Assembly (NCBI GenBank): GCA_002774365.1
Contig: PEYM01000120.1
Coordinates: 1 to 57,787 of the forward strand
Length of the DNA stretch: 57,787 nucleotides
From: Candidatus Saganbacteria bacterium CG08_land_8_20_14_0_20_45_16
Lineage (GTDB): Bacteria > Margulisbacteria > WOR-1 > O2-12-FULL-45-9
Reading direction: 5' to 3'
The position numbers and the translations under genes are program-made. This document shows positions 36,944 through 47,900 of this stretch, in pieces; position 1 is the first letter of the stretch; each line of letters begins with the position of its first letter. The notes below the pieces were generated by a model that was not told the origin of the DNA, did not search any database, and saw only the letters and a list, made by a program, of their open reading frames with translations.

Positions 36944-39058
36944 ATGGGCTTTACTGATCTATATTGTGAATATATTGGCTGGGGCTGCTCGCCTTATCGC
37001 GTACCCCAATGCAACCCTGACAGGATGACCCAAGCAGATTATGAGCAATGCCTGGACCGTTATTATAATGCCCCAGGCCAAGACAGCTCGGCAATAAATT
37101 GCGAGGCTGGAGCCCCGGAGTGCGACCCAGCAAATTCCTCAAAAAACGATTACAACCTCTGCCTGTTGGAACGCAATATGATTGTTCAGCGTTGTCTTGA
37201 CAATGTGGTGGCAGAATCAACGCTCTCCAGGGCTGATGATTTTTTAACTGTGCTCGACGGTAATGTCAGCTTTAGCGACAATCCAGTTCTTTATCTACGC
37301 TCTGAGATCATGAGCTCGGCTAGACGTCTTTATTTTCAAGGTGATAACTGGCTGCTTTTATCAGCTGCCCAGCTCTGCCTGGGTAATTATTTTACCGAGC
37401 TGCATCAATATCAACTAGAGTATCACCCTACCCCACGACAAACAGAGGTGGCTAGAGAGGAGCGCTTAAGAGAGCTTGATCGAGCCATTGGTTATCTGCA
37501 AGCCGCCCTATCTAATCCCTCGGAAGGGATGGCCACTGATTGGCGTGACCAGAGCGTCATTGAATTCGTGACCACCCCAGCCATCCCTCATATCGAGGCT
37601 TACTTTGAGCTGCAAACCAGCTTAATCGAGATCAATATCCTTTACGCTTCAGAATCACCAGACCAACGGCAAGGGTATGTTCGGCCAGGTTTTTCCTCCC
37701 AAGGTCAGCTGATGCGAGAGCGTGACTTTCTCCCTCTCGTCGGTAATGACGCGGCTAAAGCCGCTCAAATCTGGGAAGGGTTGATCAATGCCGGCTATCT
37801 TAACGAGAACGGCGGGATCAACATGCTTAACTTTGACCTGCGCCACGATGAATTTATGGAACAGGAACTGACCGATGATTTAGGAATACCAGTTGAACTC
37901 TCCTATGAAGAACAAGAAGAGCTATATAGTCTTTTGGCCGGGAATTTATCTACGGTCGGCCAGCTGGTTTTTCAGGTCCAAGAAAACCTTAGCAGCACGC
38001 GCTTTCTCTTGGCTCAAGGTTCGTTCCATGAGTCAGCCGAGGGTTATGAGAACAGGATCAGGCTGGCCATGATCTCAGCTTATATTTATGACCAGACCGC
38101 TAATCCAGATGATCTGCTCGACTGGATCAATACCAGCGAAGCTTGGGCTAATCAAGCGATCAACACTAACCTGATGACAACCTGGATGTATGGCCGCAGC
38201 CTGATGGACCTGCGCCACGACGAACTAGTTGCCAGGATGCACCGCGGCCGGCTCTTTTTAACTGGCCGAATGCGCGCTGAACATCAAGACGAGGCCGCAG
38301 AACTTTTTAGGAACATGCTAGAAAGGCCTGTAACCACCCGACGCTACGGCGGCTTTCTTGATATTGGGACCGAGTCCATGTTTTATCTCCTTAGCCTGGC
38401 CATGACTGACCCAGCTACCATTGATCGCGAAACCGCGGCTGAAAGGTTTTCTGAACTGATTGGCGGAGAAGAGGGGTGGTACCGGCTCAATAACAATAAT
38501 GATTTTAAAGAAACCCTGGGACTCCTGGTCAGGGGGCGGGATTGGCGAGACAAGATCCCTCAATATAACAGGGAGCTTAGCACTTCATTGGGTGAGATCC
38601 CTGACCCCTTTGAATCACTCGGCGAATGGAGCTTGGCTCTGGGCTTTGACTGGGGCCCGCCTAACTGGTCACCTCTTAGAAGTGTGTTAACCAATATTGA
38701 TCTTTGCGGCCACGTTGAGGCCAGCAGTTTTGCCAACCTTGGGCCGGTCTCAGTTGACGAAGCGACTCAAGACCGCATCATGGCCCAGCTTAGGACAGAC
38801 AATTTTGTCGACGCTAGAGGCACAATTATGCCGCGGCTAGCTAACCTTAGCCAAGAAGATTTTGTCAGGGATTTTCACGTTAGCAGCCTGACCCCAGCAA
38901 ACATCTCTGCCATCTATGAGATCATCCAGCAAACGCGACCCAGCTACTTGCAGCGGACCGATATCTTAATGCGCAGCCTAAGATATCGGCATTATAATGA
39001 CCGGATGATCTATCCACTGGTCAGCCAATGGCAAGCCTGGCGAGAAAGCGAAATTTAA
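36944..39058 (+). CDS. Giant-cluster protein E (704 aa), Cys-rich N-terminus plus helical region
   Basis: GGAGG overlaps the stop of D, with a 12-nt gap. 8 of its 9 Cys lie in the first 84 aa. Carries the IWEGLINAGYLNENGG module. Confidence 0.75.
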   Translation: MGFTDLYCEYIGWGCSPYRVPQCNPDRMTQADYEQCLDRYYNAPGQDSSAINCEAGAPECDPANSSKNDYNLCLLERNMIVQRCLDNVVAESTLSRADDFLTVLDGNVSFSDNPVLYLRSEIMSSARRLYFQGDNWLLLSAAQLCLGNYFTELHQYQLEYHPTPRQTEVAREERLRELDRAIGYLQAALSNPSEGMATDWRDQSVIEFVTTPAIPHIEAYFELQTSLIEINILYASESPDQRQGYVRPGFSSQGQLMRERDFLPLVGNDAAKAAQIWEGLINAGYLNENGGINMLNFDLRHDEFMEQELTDDLGIPVELSYEEQEELYSLLAGNLSTVGQLVFQVQENLSSTRFLLAQGSFHESAEGYENRIRLAMISAYIYDQTANPDDLLDWINTSEAWANQAINTNLMTTWMYGRSLMDLRHDELVARMHRGRLFLTGRMRAEHQDEAAELFRNMLERPVTTRRYGGFLDIGTESMFYLLSLAMTDPATIDRETAAERFSELIGGEEGWYRLNNNNDFKETLGLLVRGRDWRDKIPQYNRELSTSLGEIPDPFESLGEWSLALGFDWGPPNWSPLRSVLTNIDLCGHVEASSFANLGPVSVDEATQDRIMAQLRTDNFVDARGTIMPRLANLSQEDFVRDFHVSSLTPANISAIYEIIQQTRPSYLQRTDILMRSLRYRHYNDRMIYPLVSQWQAWRESEI

Positions 39059-39087
39059 TTGAAATTTCCAGTAAAAAGTAACGATAT
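39059..39087 (+). promoter_or_regulatory. Sigma-28-like promoter motif, copy 4 (upstream of gene F)
   Basis: TTGAAA 39059-39064 immediately after the TAA of E, 15 nt, AACGATAT 39080-39087, then ATATATA. 68 nt upstream of ATG 39156. Confidence 0.6.
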
Positions 39088-39113
39088 ATATATAGGAGAG
39101 AGAGAGGGGGCCC

Positions 39114-39141
39114 GATGTCCTAGGTCCCAAGTCCTATGTCA
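39114..39141 (+). repeat. Four phased heptamers (GATGTCC TAGGTCC CAAGTCC TATGTCA) in the 5' leader of gene F
   Basis: Read directly. Same NNNGTCC family as 27224-27237 and the minus strand of 14935-14997. Confidence 0.65.
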
Positions 39142-39155
39142 TTGGGAGCAAAGAA

Positions 39156-42100
39156 ATGGAAGTACGTAGTTTTGCAGGATATACGAATAATCCCAGAGAT
39201 GTGCATCCGCTGCAGTACTATCTGGCTGACAGTGATCCAGATACTACTGACCCCAGCCACAATGATCCAGAGAGCAGTGATGACGTAGCAGTTGCCCAGT
39301 GGCGGAGCGAAATTTTAGATGACGTGGCTGGGGCTATGCGGCATCGCAGGGATACTCGTTATGCCCCCATATATTATGATCAAGATGGTAATCAATTAGT
39401 CTCACTTGATTTTACGCAAGACAGCCGCGTCACCAGCCACGATTTAAGAAATATTTTTAGGGATCAAAACATGATAGATTCCGCGCTTAGAGGACTAGAA
39501 ACTGCTGGCTATATTGACAGAGATGGCAGGGTTACAACAACCTTTACTGGGAGAGTTGATGTTAGCAGATTTAATATCAGGGGCTTTCCTAACTATTATG
39601 CTAATGATCTTGCTGGCCTGCTACAAAGGGCTAGAAATGAAGAAACAACAATGCATAATCTTTGCCAGGCCATTAATAATGCTCACATCCCCAACCTTGA
39701 CTTGGTCAATAATCTAGATGACCTCAACCAATTAATAAGAAATCTGAACTTTTTTGACCTGGTTAGCCAAGCTCATTTAACTCTCCCGTCTGGACAAGCG
39801 CTGCAAGAGCTAAAAAGACTACACCATTCATCGTTCAGCTCTCGCAGCAGCACGACTGCTTTTGCTGATCTAACTGAACTAGAACAAGCTTACGTTATGA
39901 CCCTTAATAGAATGCTACTGGAAACACTCTTTAACCACGAATGCCCCCAACTCAACCCGCAGCTAACTATTCGACCATTGCAAGACCCAGACACAACTGA
40001 TCATGATTCTGATGGAGACAGATCTGAATATATCTCTGTTTCTGAGGCCTCGGCTTATTTTATGCGGGACGAAGCCCTATTCCACGATGATATGTCAGCA
40101 GACTATTTTCACCGTATTTGGCAATTTACCCGGTTGGGCTTGCAACGAGATCTCATTCCTTACGTTTGGCAAGCCCGCAGTGGATATCACAGAAACAGTT
40201 TTGGAGGTTGGCTTCCTACTGCCATGCCAGCTCGGCTAGTAAACGCAGGGATTGCTTGGAGATTTTTTGATGACATAAACAACTTTCCTGATGGAGAGAG
40301 ATCCTTGGGTGGCATTCTTGCCGGTGTAGGCAAACAATATAATGGCATGGATGCAGCTTCGGATGATCTTGAACTTGCTTCTGCGCTAATCTACGCCTCT
40401 CAGTTTGATCGAGCTAGTGGCTGGCAAAACGAACAATATTTAACTCAAGCCCAACAATTCCTTGACACTGCCTGGTCATCTTATATTATTGAACGCAGAC
40501 CAGGCCAGTTTTGCTTGGCAGCAGGCGACCAGTTTATTAGACAAGGGGAATTTAACCCTAGTTACATGCTTTTTGCTGATTTTCAAAATGTTTTCCCGTT
40601 AATTGATAATCACAACTGGCCTTTGGTAGGCAATTGCGGTTATGATCTAATTGAGCAGTTTGGCACCCTGCACCTTGATAATACTCCAGGGCCAATTACC
40701 CCTATCCCAACAGACTGGGTTGGCATGGACAGGTTTGGAGATTTTGTTCCCAGTCGCGTTTTTAATACACTAACAACCTTAGCTGCCTGGGATGCTCAAA
40801 GGGTCTTTATTAGGACAGCCATGGACTATGCTTGGTTTGGCAATGATCGCGCTTATCATTATCTCCATGCTGACATCCCTGACCCCAATCGGCCTGAATG
40901 TCACAGCACTGGTCCTTTATGCACTTATAGAAATATTTTATTAAACAATCACAACACAATCCCTGCCCTGGTTAATTATCATGGCCAGCCAGGCGAGCGA
41001 GATCCTGAAGTTCCCCAAACCCGGGATACAGCTAGGCAAACTACTTTTGCCAATGCCGCCTACCTCCTCCTCTTTTATTATGGCGGTGACCTAAGTTCAG
41101 CTATGACTATTTATCAAAACCTAAGAAGCATGAGACACTGCTACACTGCAATGGAGGTATCGGCAGATCACCACAACTACACCCCTCACGGAGAGTGCGA
41201 CAGCAGCAATGTAGCAGAACATCATGTTTATTGGGACGCACCAGCAGAAAGACAATATTCTGGCCCAATCCCAGGCAGCTACTATGGTGATTCAATGGCC
41301 ATATTAAGCCTGTTTCTCTTAGCCAATGATCTCCCCCACCCAATCAGACAAGGGATTGATAACACCCGAGCTACCCAGCGACAAGAGTACTTAGACAATA
41401 AACCGCGTGAGCCAGGGAGGGTAGTCTCTGCGGCTGACTTTGTTTTTAATGGCAACAGGGGCCGGGCCGCGGAAATTTTTATGGTGCTTAAAACTGCTGA
41501 CTTGATTGACGCTCATAGTGAAGTCACACTCAACCAAATTTATACTTTAGAAGATTTTGAAAGCTTTATTAATGATCACCCAAATTTAAGAGGGCTCCAC
41601 TTAAGGAGCGAAGAGCGAAACAGGGCTTTGTACGCCTTGCAAGGAGACACAATTCCAATTGATCCTAATATCGGTATGCCAGTCTACTTTGGCCGGATAG
41701 TTAGAAGGATGCTCGACCAGAACGCCCTGGTAGACCAGGCAAATATTGCTCAACTGCGGGCTACTCTAGAAATTATCACGACTAATCCTAGACCAACAAT
41801 TAATATCGAGCGTGAGCTCTTCTTAAACGAAACCTCATCAGTCAGGGCAGAGATCGCCAGGGTTGATCGCCAACACAACCTGCAGCTTATGCCTTATTTT
41901 GCTGATGCCTGGTCATACTACAATAACGCGGCAATCTTGCTTGCTGCCTATACCCAGCAAGCAGTTGAAACAGACAGTCAAGAAGACTTGCGCGCTGCTC
42001 TTAACTTTTGCCAAACAGTCAGGGAAATGATTGGCCAGCAAGAGGTAGAAGAATTTAGCGCGGATACGTACAACCAGGGACGGATTGACTTAATTGAGGC

Positions 42101-44963
42101 ACAAATAAGGTCGCAAATCCGCTTTCTTGACAGCAATGGCTCGATCTCAAGTGAAGAACTCAATAACCTTTGCGAAACCCATAGCGGCGCTGAAATATTT
42201 GAATGTCTGCTCTGCCTTGGTTATGTGAATGAAGCTGGCGAAATCCAAGATGCTTTTAATGCCGGAGCAATTGACTTTATTAATAGCCTGCAAGCTAATG
42301 ATTTCAGCGAAAGTGACGCTCGCTCTGTCTATGACACCTTAGATCAGGTCAATAGCCCTGAAGCAGCTATGGCTTTTTGCCAAATAGGAGTTGAACAGAC
42401 CATTAATGGTATCAATAGCTTGCTTCTGGTTGACACTCACTCAGCCATGCCTGATTACTACTCAATTACCCGCGCCCTACTAACCCTAGGCGACCTGTAC
42501 TTACGAATGTACGACGCAACTGAGCGGGCACAAAACCCAAATGAATATTATCTTGACAAGGCTTTTGAGTTTTATAATTATGTCGCCCACCTTGATGTCA
42601 CAGATGACAGCAATGAAGAATCAGGCCTTGAGGTCTACACGCTTGAAGAAAATCTTGTTATCTCGGCTACGCCAGCAGAAATGCTAACTGCTCTAAGGTT
42701 TAATTATGGCCGCGATGATAACAACGCTGAAATAGCTCACCTCCCTCTTGCGGAGAGAAACCTGCTTCAGGGGATCTATATTAGCCGCGGCCAATATGAG
42801 GATGCCCGCCTGGCCCTTCACACCCAACTGCGCGGCTTGGCCATGGCCAAGCTCTCATCACTTTATATGCGCCGCACTGGAGAGAGAAGGCTTGATGATG
42901 TTTTGCAACAGATCTCTTATTGCCAAAACGCGGTTGAAACTTTAGAAGAATCAGGTTTAGAAGATAACGACTTTTCCCTAGTATTTAGCCGGGCCACCTT
43001 AACTGACCTTAATCTGCTTTTAGCCGATAGGATGAGGTTTTATCTCTGGCCACAAGATCAAGATATTGCTTCTACAGAAAGGAGCTTAGCAGATCTTGAG
43101 ATTATTGTTTCGAACCAACCCTTAGCAGCCCAACAAGCAGCCAGGAGCCGGCTCATGGAAAATCTGCAGCGCGAAAGGTTTGTCAACCGCAGTGATTTTG
43201 CGACTTTTGGCAGAAGAGGAGATGAGATCTGGCAAGGCTTACTTGATGCTAATTATATCAGCCGGGCCAGGCTCCAGCTAACTGATTTTGAAGAGATCCA
43301 TAATAGTGATGATCAACCGTTATCTGAAATTATCTGGCAATTGCTGCTTACTACTGGCCATATCAATGAACATGGTTATCTGCAAGATCGGTTCTGGGAC
43401 AATCGAGAAACTTTTATAGCTGATCTCACTAGTACAGCAATCCTTAGTGGTCAAGAGATTAATTGCCATGATCTTGACCAGGTTTTTGATATTCTGTCAC
43501 AAAACTACAACACAGCTTATCTAACTGATCGATTAACAGAGGTTGGTAGAGAGAACCTAAGACAGGACAACTCTTTTCTTGTCCCTGTTTCAGACGAAGA
43601 AGCAGCACAGATCAGCCGCGTCTTGGAGCAAGCTGATCAACGCTATTCACCAATTGAGGAGTCTGATTTGGAGATTGTGCAAACAATTGCCCGTAATTAT
43701 GCTAGTCATGAAACACCCATACCCCAAGATCAAGTTGTTGCCATGCTCTCAAGAAGGATCTCTGGGCAGGCTATTTCAGAGGCCGATATGTTGCAGTTGA
43801 TCCAGAGTAATATTACATTTCTCGAACAAGCATTAGAAAATAATACTGATAAGCCAAGTCTTAGTGTTTTTATTATGAACCAGCTTATTATAGTTTTTGA
43901 TCTATTCACTCAACTACATCCAGAATTAAGCCATGAGATCACCCCTGTCTTAGAAAGCCTTAGAACACTACTGGCTAACCTTGGGCGCACCTCTCCAGAT
44001 ATTGAAAGACTTTCCCATTCCCAAATGAGCCAGAGAATTATTCAACGCTTAAGCGCTATCGTAGACATTATTAATTTAAGGATCCCTCAACTATCAACCA
44101 ATATTCCAAGGCAAGATCAAAACTCAAGAGCTGTGCAAATAAGCAACTACTTAAGATATACTATAAGATTGAGATCTTTAGACATTATTAGACAGATTAC
44201 CCAAAGGGCCAGAGAAGTATATGCCACTACCCCCTCAGAGTTTCATTATCTTTATGATCAAGCCAACACAAAAATACTGGAAATTGGTGTTAGAACTGGA
44301 GATTTTATGAACCATGAATTCAGCTATCTTTTCCCCACTTTCACTGATCCAATTTTAAGAGAACAACCTATTCCTGCCATTGAATTTGTTGGGGTTCAAC
44401 GTGAGTACATGACCGCGCTTTTAACTCTCTCTCAAGCAACCCAAGTAACCAGGAATCAAACCAGGAGACGTTATGAAGAACGACTGGTACATGGAGGAGA
44501 CCTTGAAATTGCCAACCGAATGCTAACTAATGTCATCCAAAATTCCAGGGGTCTGCACCCACCCTTCCCTACTTATTTCAGGATGCATGCTAGATTAAAG
44601 CAAGCTGAAATAATTATCAGGAGAGAAGATAACAGGGCAAGTGCCCGAGGCGCCAGTCATGCCAATTACGAGGAAGCGATTATTATCTTTAGGGAAATTT
44701 TGCAAGATCTATCCACTCTAAGCCATGAAGATTATCGAGAAATGGCTTGGAGACCATATTCATTTTTGGCTGAGCTTTTCCATGAGTGGGCCAATATCGC
44801 CACTGCTGGCGGTCCGGACCTAGCCACTCTGTCTCTACATTTCTGTTATCTTTCAGATTCAGAATATGACTATACTAGAAGAATTGAGGTTTTGATCCCA
44901 AGATTCACCCAGTTGAATAACAGGGATAATGAATTAAAGGTCATGATCGGCAGAAACAATTAA
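39156..44963 (+). CDS. Giant-cluster protein F (1935 aa), acidic helical-repeat ORFan
   Basis: GGGAG 8 nt upstream. FADLTELEQAYVMTLNRMLLETLFNHECPQLNP at 39861-39959. At least 5 copies of the GYIN-type module. No TM segment or catalytic motif seen. Confidence 0.8.
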   Translation: MEVRSFAGYTNNPRDVHPLQYYLADSDPDTTDPSHNDPESSDDVAVAQWRSEILDDVAGAMRHRRDTRYAPIYYDQDGNQLVSLDFTQDSRVTSHDLRNIFRDQNMIDSALRGLETAGYIDRDGRVTTTFTGRVDVSRFNIRGFPNYYANDLAGLLQRARNEETTMHNLCQAINNAHIPNLDLVNNLDDLNQLIRNLNFFDLVSQAHLTLPSGQALQELKRLHHSSFSSRSSTTAFADLTELEQAYVMTLNRMLLETLFNHECPQLNPQLTIRPLQDPDTTDHDSDGDRSEYISVSEASAYFMRDEALFHDDMSADYFHRIWQFTRLGLQRDLIPYVWQARSGYHRNSFGGWLPTAMPARLVNAGIAWRFFDDINNFPDGERSLGGILAGVGKQYNGMDAASDDLELASALIYASQFDRASGWQNEQYLTQAQQFLDTAWSSYIIERRPGQFCLAAGDQFIRQGEFNPSYMLFADFQNVFPLIDNHNWPLVGNCGYDLIEQFGTLHLDNTPGPITPIPTDWVGMDRFGDFVPSRVFNTLTTLAAWDAQRVFIRTAMDYAWFGNDRAYHYLHADIPDPNRPECHSTGPLCTYRNILLNNHNTIPALVNYHGQPGERDPEVPQTRDTARQTTFANAAYLLLFYYGGDLSSAMTIYQNLRSMRHCYTAMEVSADHHNYTPHGECDSSNVAEHHVYWDAPAERQYSGPIPGSYYGDSMAILSLFLLANDLPHPIRQGIDNTRATQRQEYLDNKPREPGRVVSAADFVFNGNRGRAAEIFMVLKTADLIDAHSEVTLNQIYTLEDFESFINDHPNLRGLHLRSEERNRALYALQGDTIPIDPNIGMPVYFGRIVRRMLDQNALVDQANIAQLRATLEIITTNPRPTINIERELFLNETSSVRAEIARVDRQHNLQLMPYFADAWSYYNNAAILLAAYTQQAVETDSQEDLRAALNFCQTVREMIGQQEVEEFSADTYNQGRIDLIEAQIRSQIRFLDSNGSISSEELNNLCETHSGAEIFECLLCLGYVNEAGEIQDAFNAGAIDFINSLQANDFSESDARSVYDTLDQVNSPEAAMAFCQIGVEQTINGINSLLLVDTHSAMPDYYSITRALLTLGDLYLRMYDATERAQNPNEYYLDKAFEFYNYVAHLDVTDDSNEESGLEVYTLEENLVISATPAEMLTALRFNYGRDDNNAEIAHLPLAERNLLQGIYISRGQYEDARLALHTQLRGLAMAKLSSLYMRRTGERRLDDVLQQISYCQNAVETLEESGLEDNDFSLVFSRATLTDLNLLLADRMRFYLWPQDQDIASTERSLADLEIIVSNQPLAAQQAARSRLMENLQRERFVNRSDFATFGRRGDEIWQGLLDANYISRARLQLTDFEEIHNSDDQPLSEIIWQLLLTTGHINEHGYLQDRFWDNRETFIADLTSTAILSGQEINCHDLDQVFDILSQNYNTAYLTDRLTEVGRENLRQDNSFLVPVSDEEAAQISRVLEQADQRYSPIEESDLEIVQTIARNYASHETPIPQDQVVAMLSRRISGQAISEADMLQLIQSNITFLEQALENNTDKPSLSVFIMNQLIIVFDLFTQLHPELSHEITPVLESLRTLLANLGRTSPDIERLSHSQMSQRIIQRLSAIVDIINLRIPQLSTNIPRQDQNSRAVQISNYLRYTIRLRSLDIIRQITQRAREVYATTPSEFHYLYDQANTKILEIGVRTGDFMNHEFSYLFPTFTDPILREQPIPAIEFVGVQREYMTALLTLSQATQVTRNQTRRRYEERLVHGGDLEIANRMLTNVIQNSRGLHPPFPTYFRMHARLKQAEIIIRREDNRASARGASHANYEEAIIIFREILQDLSTLSHEDYREMAWRPYSFLAELFHEWANIATAGGPDLATLSLHFCYLSDSEYDYTRRIEVLIPRFTQLNNRDNELKVMIGRNN

Positions 44964-44978
44964 AGGGAGTGAATTACA

Positions 44979-47900
44979 ATGAGCGAACCAGGCATCTTTA
45001 TACCAAGTAGTTATTCAAGGTTTTCATTTTCTCCTTCTCAAGAAGAAGCCGCTCCTGAAACAAGCAGGTTTACAGGGAGTAATTTCTATGCTGACGCCAG
45101 TGAAGTGCCTAGCGCCATCTCCATCGATGCAATTAGTCCAGTAGACTTAACTACTTTATGTAGCAATGATATCCCTTGCAGCTTATTTGCTAGAAATCCT
45201 TTTGCTTGGGATATCTTTAGTCAATTTTTGTCTTTCTTGACCAGCGAAAGCGAGGACATTAGACATGATGTTTGGAATGCACGCGGTGTTATAGGAATGC
45301 TAAACCGACGTGTTCATGATGCCCAGTTAAGAGATGAGATCGTTGGTGTTCAAGATACTCCCGATCAGGCAGAATCAGCTGGAGAGTTCGAAACACAAGC
45401 TGAAAGCACCGAAAGAGATAATCAAAGTCAATTAGCTGAAGCAACTATTCTCTCTTGGATTTTTGCTCGCAACCTAGGACATCAGCGGCCTGGTTTTACT
45501 TTGGGGAGAGTTTCAAGAAGTAGTATAATTGCAATTTTTGGAACAGAAGATAATTCTTGGGAACAATTTTTCGAAGACCCGACCCAAAACACTCTGACTT
45601 TTAAAGCTGATATTGAAGATGCTATCAGAACTCAAATAACAGATACCGACAAGCGCGAAAGATTGCTCACTCTTTTCCAAAACACTCATCCAACAGACTA
45701 CGATCCTCTTATTTTGGCCATTAGAAGCTTGCGCGTTCGGCCAGGCAGCAACCAATGGATCTCTTGGCGCCGTGAATACTGGGAACCACAACTGGCTTTG
45801 ATCTTATGCAGTGAACTTGACGACCCTATGCTGCGCAACAATTTTCTTTATTTGGTCCGCAATCATCCCAACCTGCACACCCGGGCCAGCCTGGCCAACC
45901 AACCATTCCTAGAGGACCGGCCGCTATTGCATGGCGTGCTAGTCCATGAAGATGGCAGCGATATAACCTGGTCAGGAACAGACTGGGCCAACAGGGTTCA
46001 AGCCAGATGGGCAGAGATCAGGGCTCGTGAATTTATTAATGACCTCTTTTTGGGCAGCGGCGATGTGACCCATGAAGGAGTTACCCGTCATCCTTTTTCT
46101 TTTTTGGAAAGCGGCAACTTTTTTAGTCTGGCCCTGCTCTACAAGAGCCTGGGCCGAACAGACACCTATCTCAGCCTGCTTTCTCGCGGCAGATTGGTCA
46201 TTGAGGGGCGTCTGGCACCACGGGCCAATAACGATGGCTCACTCGCAGACCTACCAGAAGCAGACCGGACCTTCTATGTGCCAAACCTAACCTCCCGCAG
46301 CGGCGGCCGAGAGGTCAGCCGTATGCAAGCCATGGCCAATGTGCAGATGAGCAATCTTTTAGAAATGCAGGCCAATGAACTAGACGAAGCAATTGCCCGC
46401 TTGCAAAGGACGCTAACAGAAGCTGGCGAAGACAATCTTTCTAGCCAAGGACACGCCGCGATTAGCAGTATTCTAACCATCTTCCGCGGTCGGCCAGGCA
46501 ACAATGACAGCGGGCTTGGCTTAAACCAACAACACCTAACCCTCTCTGATCTGGAACCAATTGTTAGAGCAAGGTTTCCAGGGGCTGAGAATGAAAGGCT
46601 GTCAGCAAGCAGAAGAAACGCTATTTTAACCCAGCGTCGTGACGAGCGGGGAAGGATTTGGCAAGCGCTAGTAGACGCTCATTTTATTAATACCGATGGT
46701 TTGATCCTTTCTCGCGATTTTGCGCAATTAAGGTCGCAGCTTTCTGGCAATCGCCTGAGAGTTTCTATTGACGACATCATTAGCCTATTACAGCAGGTTC
46801 CTGAACGACTGGAATATCATTTTGTTGACCATTTAACCAGCCTGGACCCAGCAGCCAATACTTTAACCAGAGAACAGCTTGAACAATTGCTAAATGAAGC
46901 CCACGCGGTTCAGGATTTCTTGATCCAAAGCGCTATGTCATATCGTTGCTTTGCTTCTCATGTTCCGTTTGCCAGGGCTGACAATGAAGATGATGTGGCA
47001 CTACACACTATTGATCAACTTGAGGTCAGAAACGGCATAGCCAATGAAGAGATCAGGCGCGGCTTCAGGCTAAAAGACGCGCACAATCCTTGCTATCTTA
47101 CAACCCTACGCGAAGGGGCAATGCATCTTGAAGAGGTCATACACATGGGCGAGCAATACGAAGCTTATGCCGCAACCCTATCTCCTCACGGAGTTGCACC
47201 AAGGCAACTGCGTCAGATATTAACTTTTGCCACCATTGCCCGGGCCAAGCTCAATATGGCCTTGCTCGGTGAAATAGACCAACAAGTAGACCCGATCGTG
47301 CTAACTATATTAGAGCCAGCCATTTTGCAATTGACAAACGGCCAACAAATATTTGATCGGCTCAATTCAACAACAGGTATCACCAGAGAAGATGCTCTAG
47401 AAGTCCAAGCACAGCTTCTTACCCAAGCCGCTGAGCAGCTAGCAGCAGCCGGAGCAGCAAGGTACACTTATCCGTACCGGACAAATACTATTACCCCAGC
47501 TATGTTTGATAATCTACAACAACCAGGGCCAGCCCCCACCAGACGTGGCCAAACACAAAGAGCTCCCCTGCCAATTTCCACTGCGGAACTGCTTACTCTC
47601 CTGGAAACAACAGGCTACATCAATGAGCAAAGAGAGGTGCAGCCCGCTATCTCTGATTTCACTGAATTTGCAGAAACCTTGCAAGCTCAAAACTCAGGGC
47701 TATCACAAGCTCAATTACGCGCTATTCATCTGATATTAAAAAACGCTCCCCGCACAGATCACGAATACACCATCAACCTTATCCGCGACCAGCAGTTAAC
47801 AGATGTCCAGCTGGCCCAGGCTGAAAACCTGGCCCGCCGGGCTTTTCTAGCCCAGGACCTTGGCAACATTGAAGGGGAAGAAGGCCACGAGGGCTCGCGC

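Noticed and set aside
43782-43789. Perfect GCCGATAT octamers inside coding sequence (43782-43789 in F and 48252-48259 in G).
   Set aside because: No GAAA/TAAA box lies 15 nt upstream of either (the positions read TGGG and TGAG), and both are deep inside ORFs. They are most likely chance matches.
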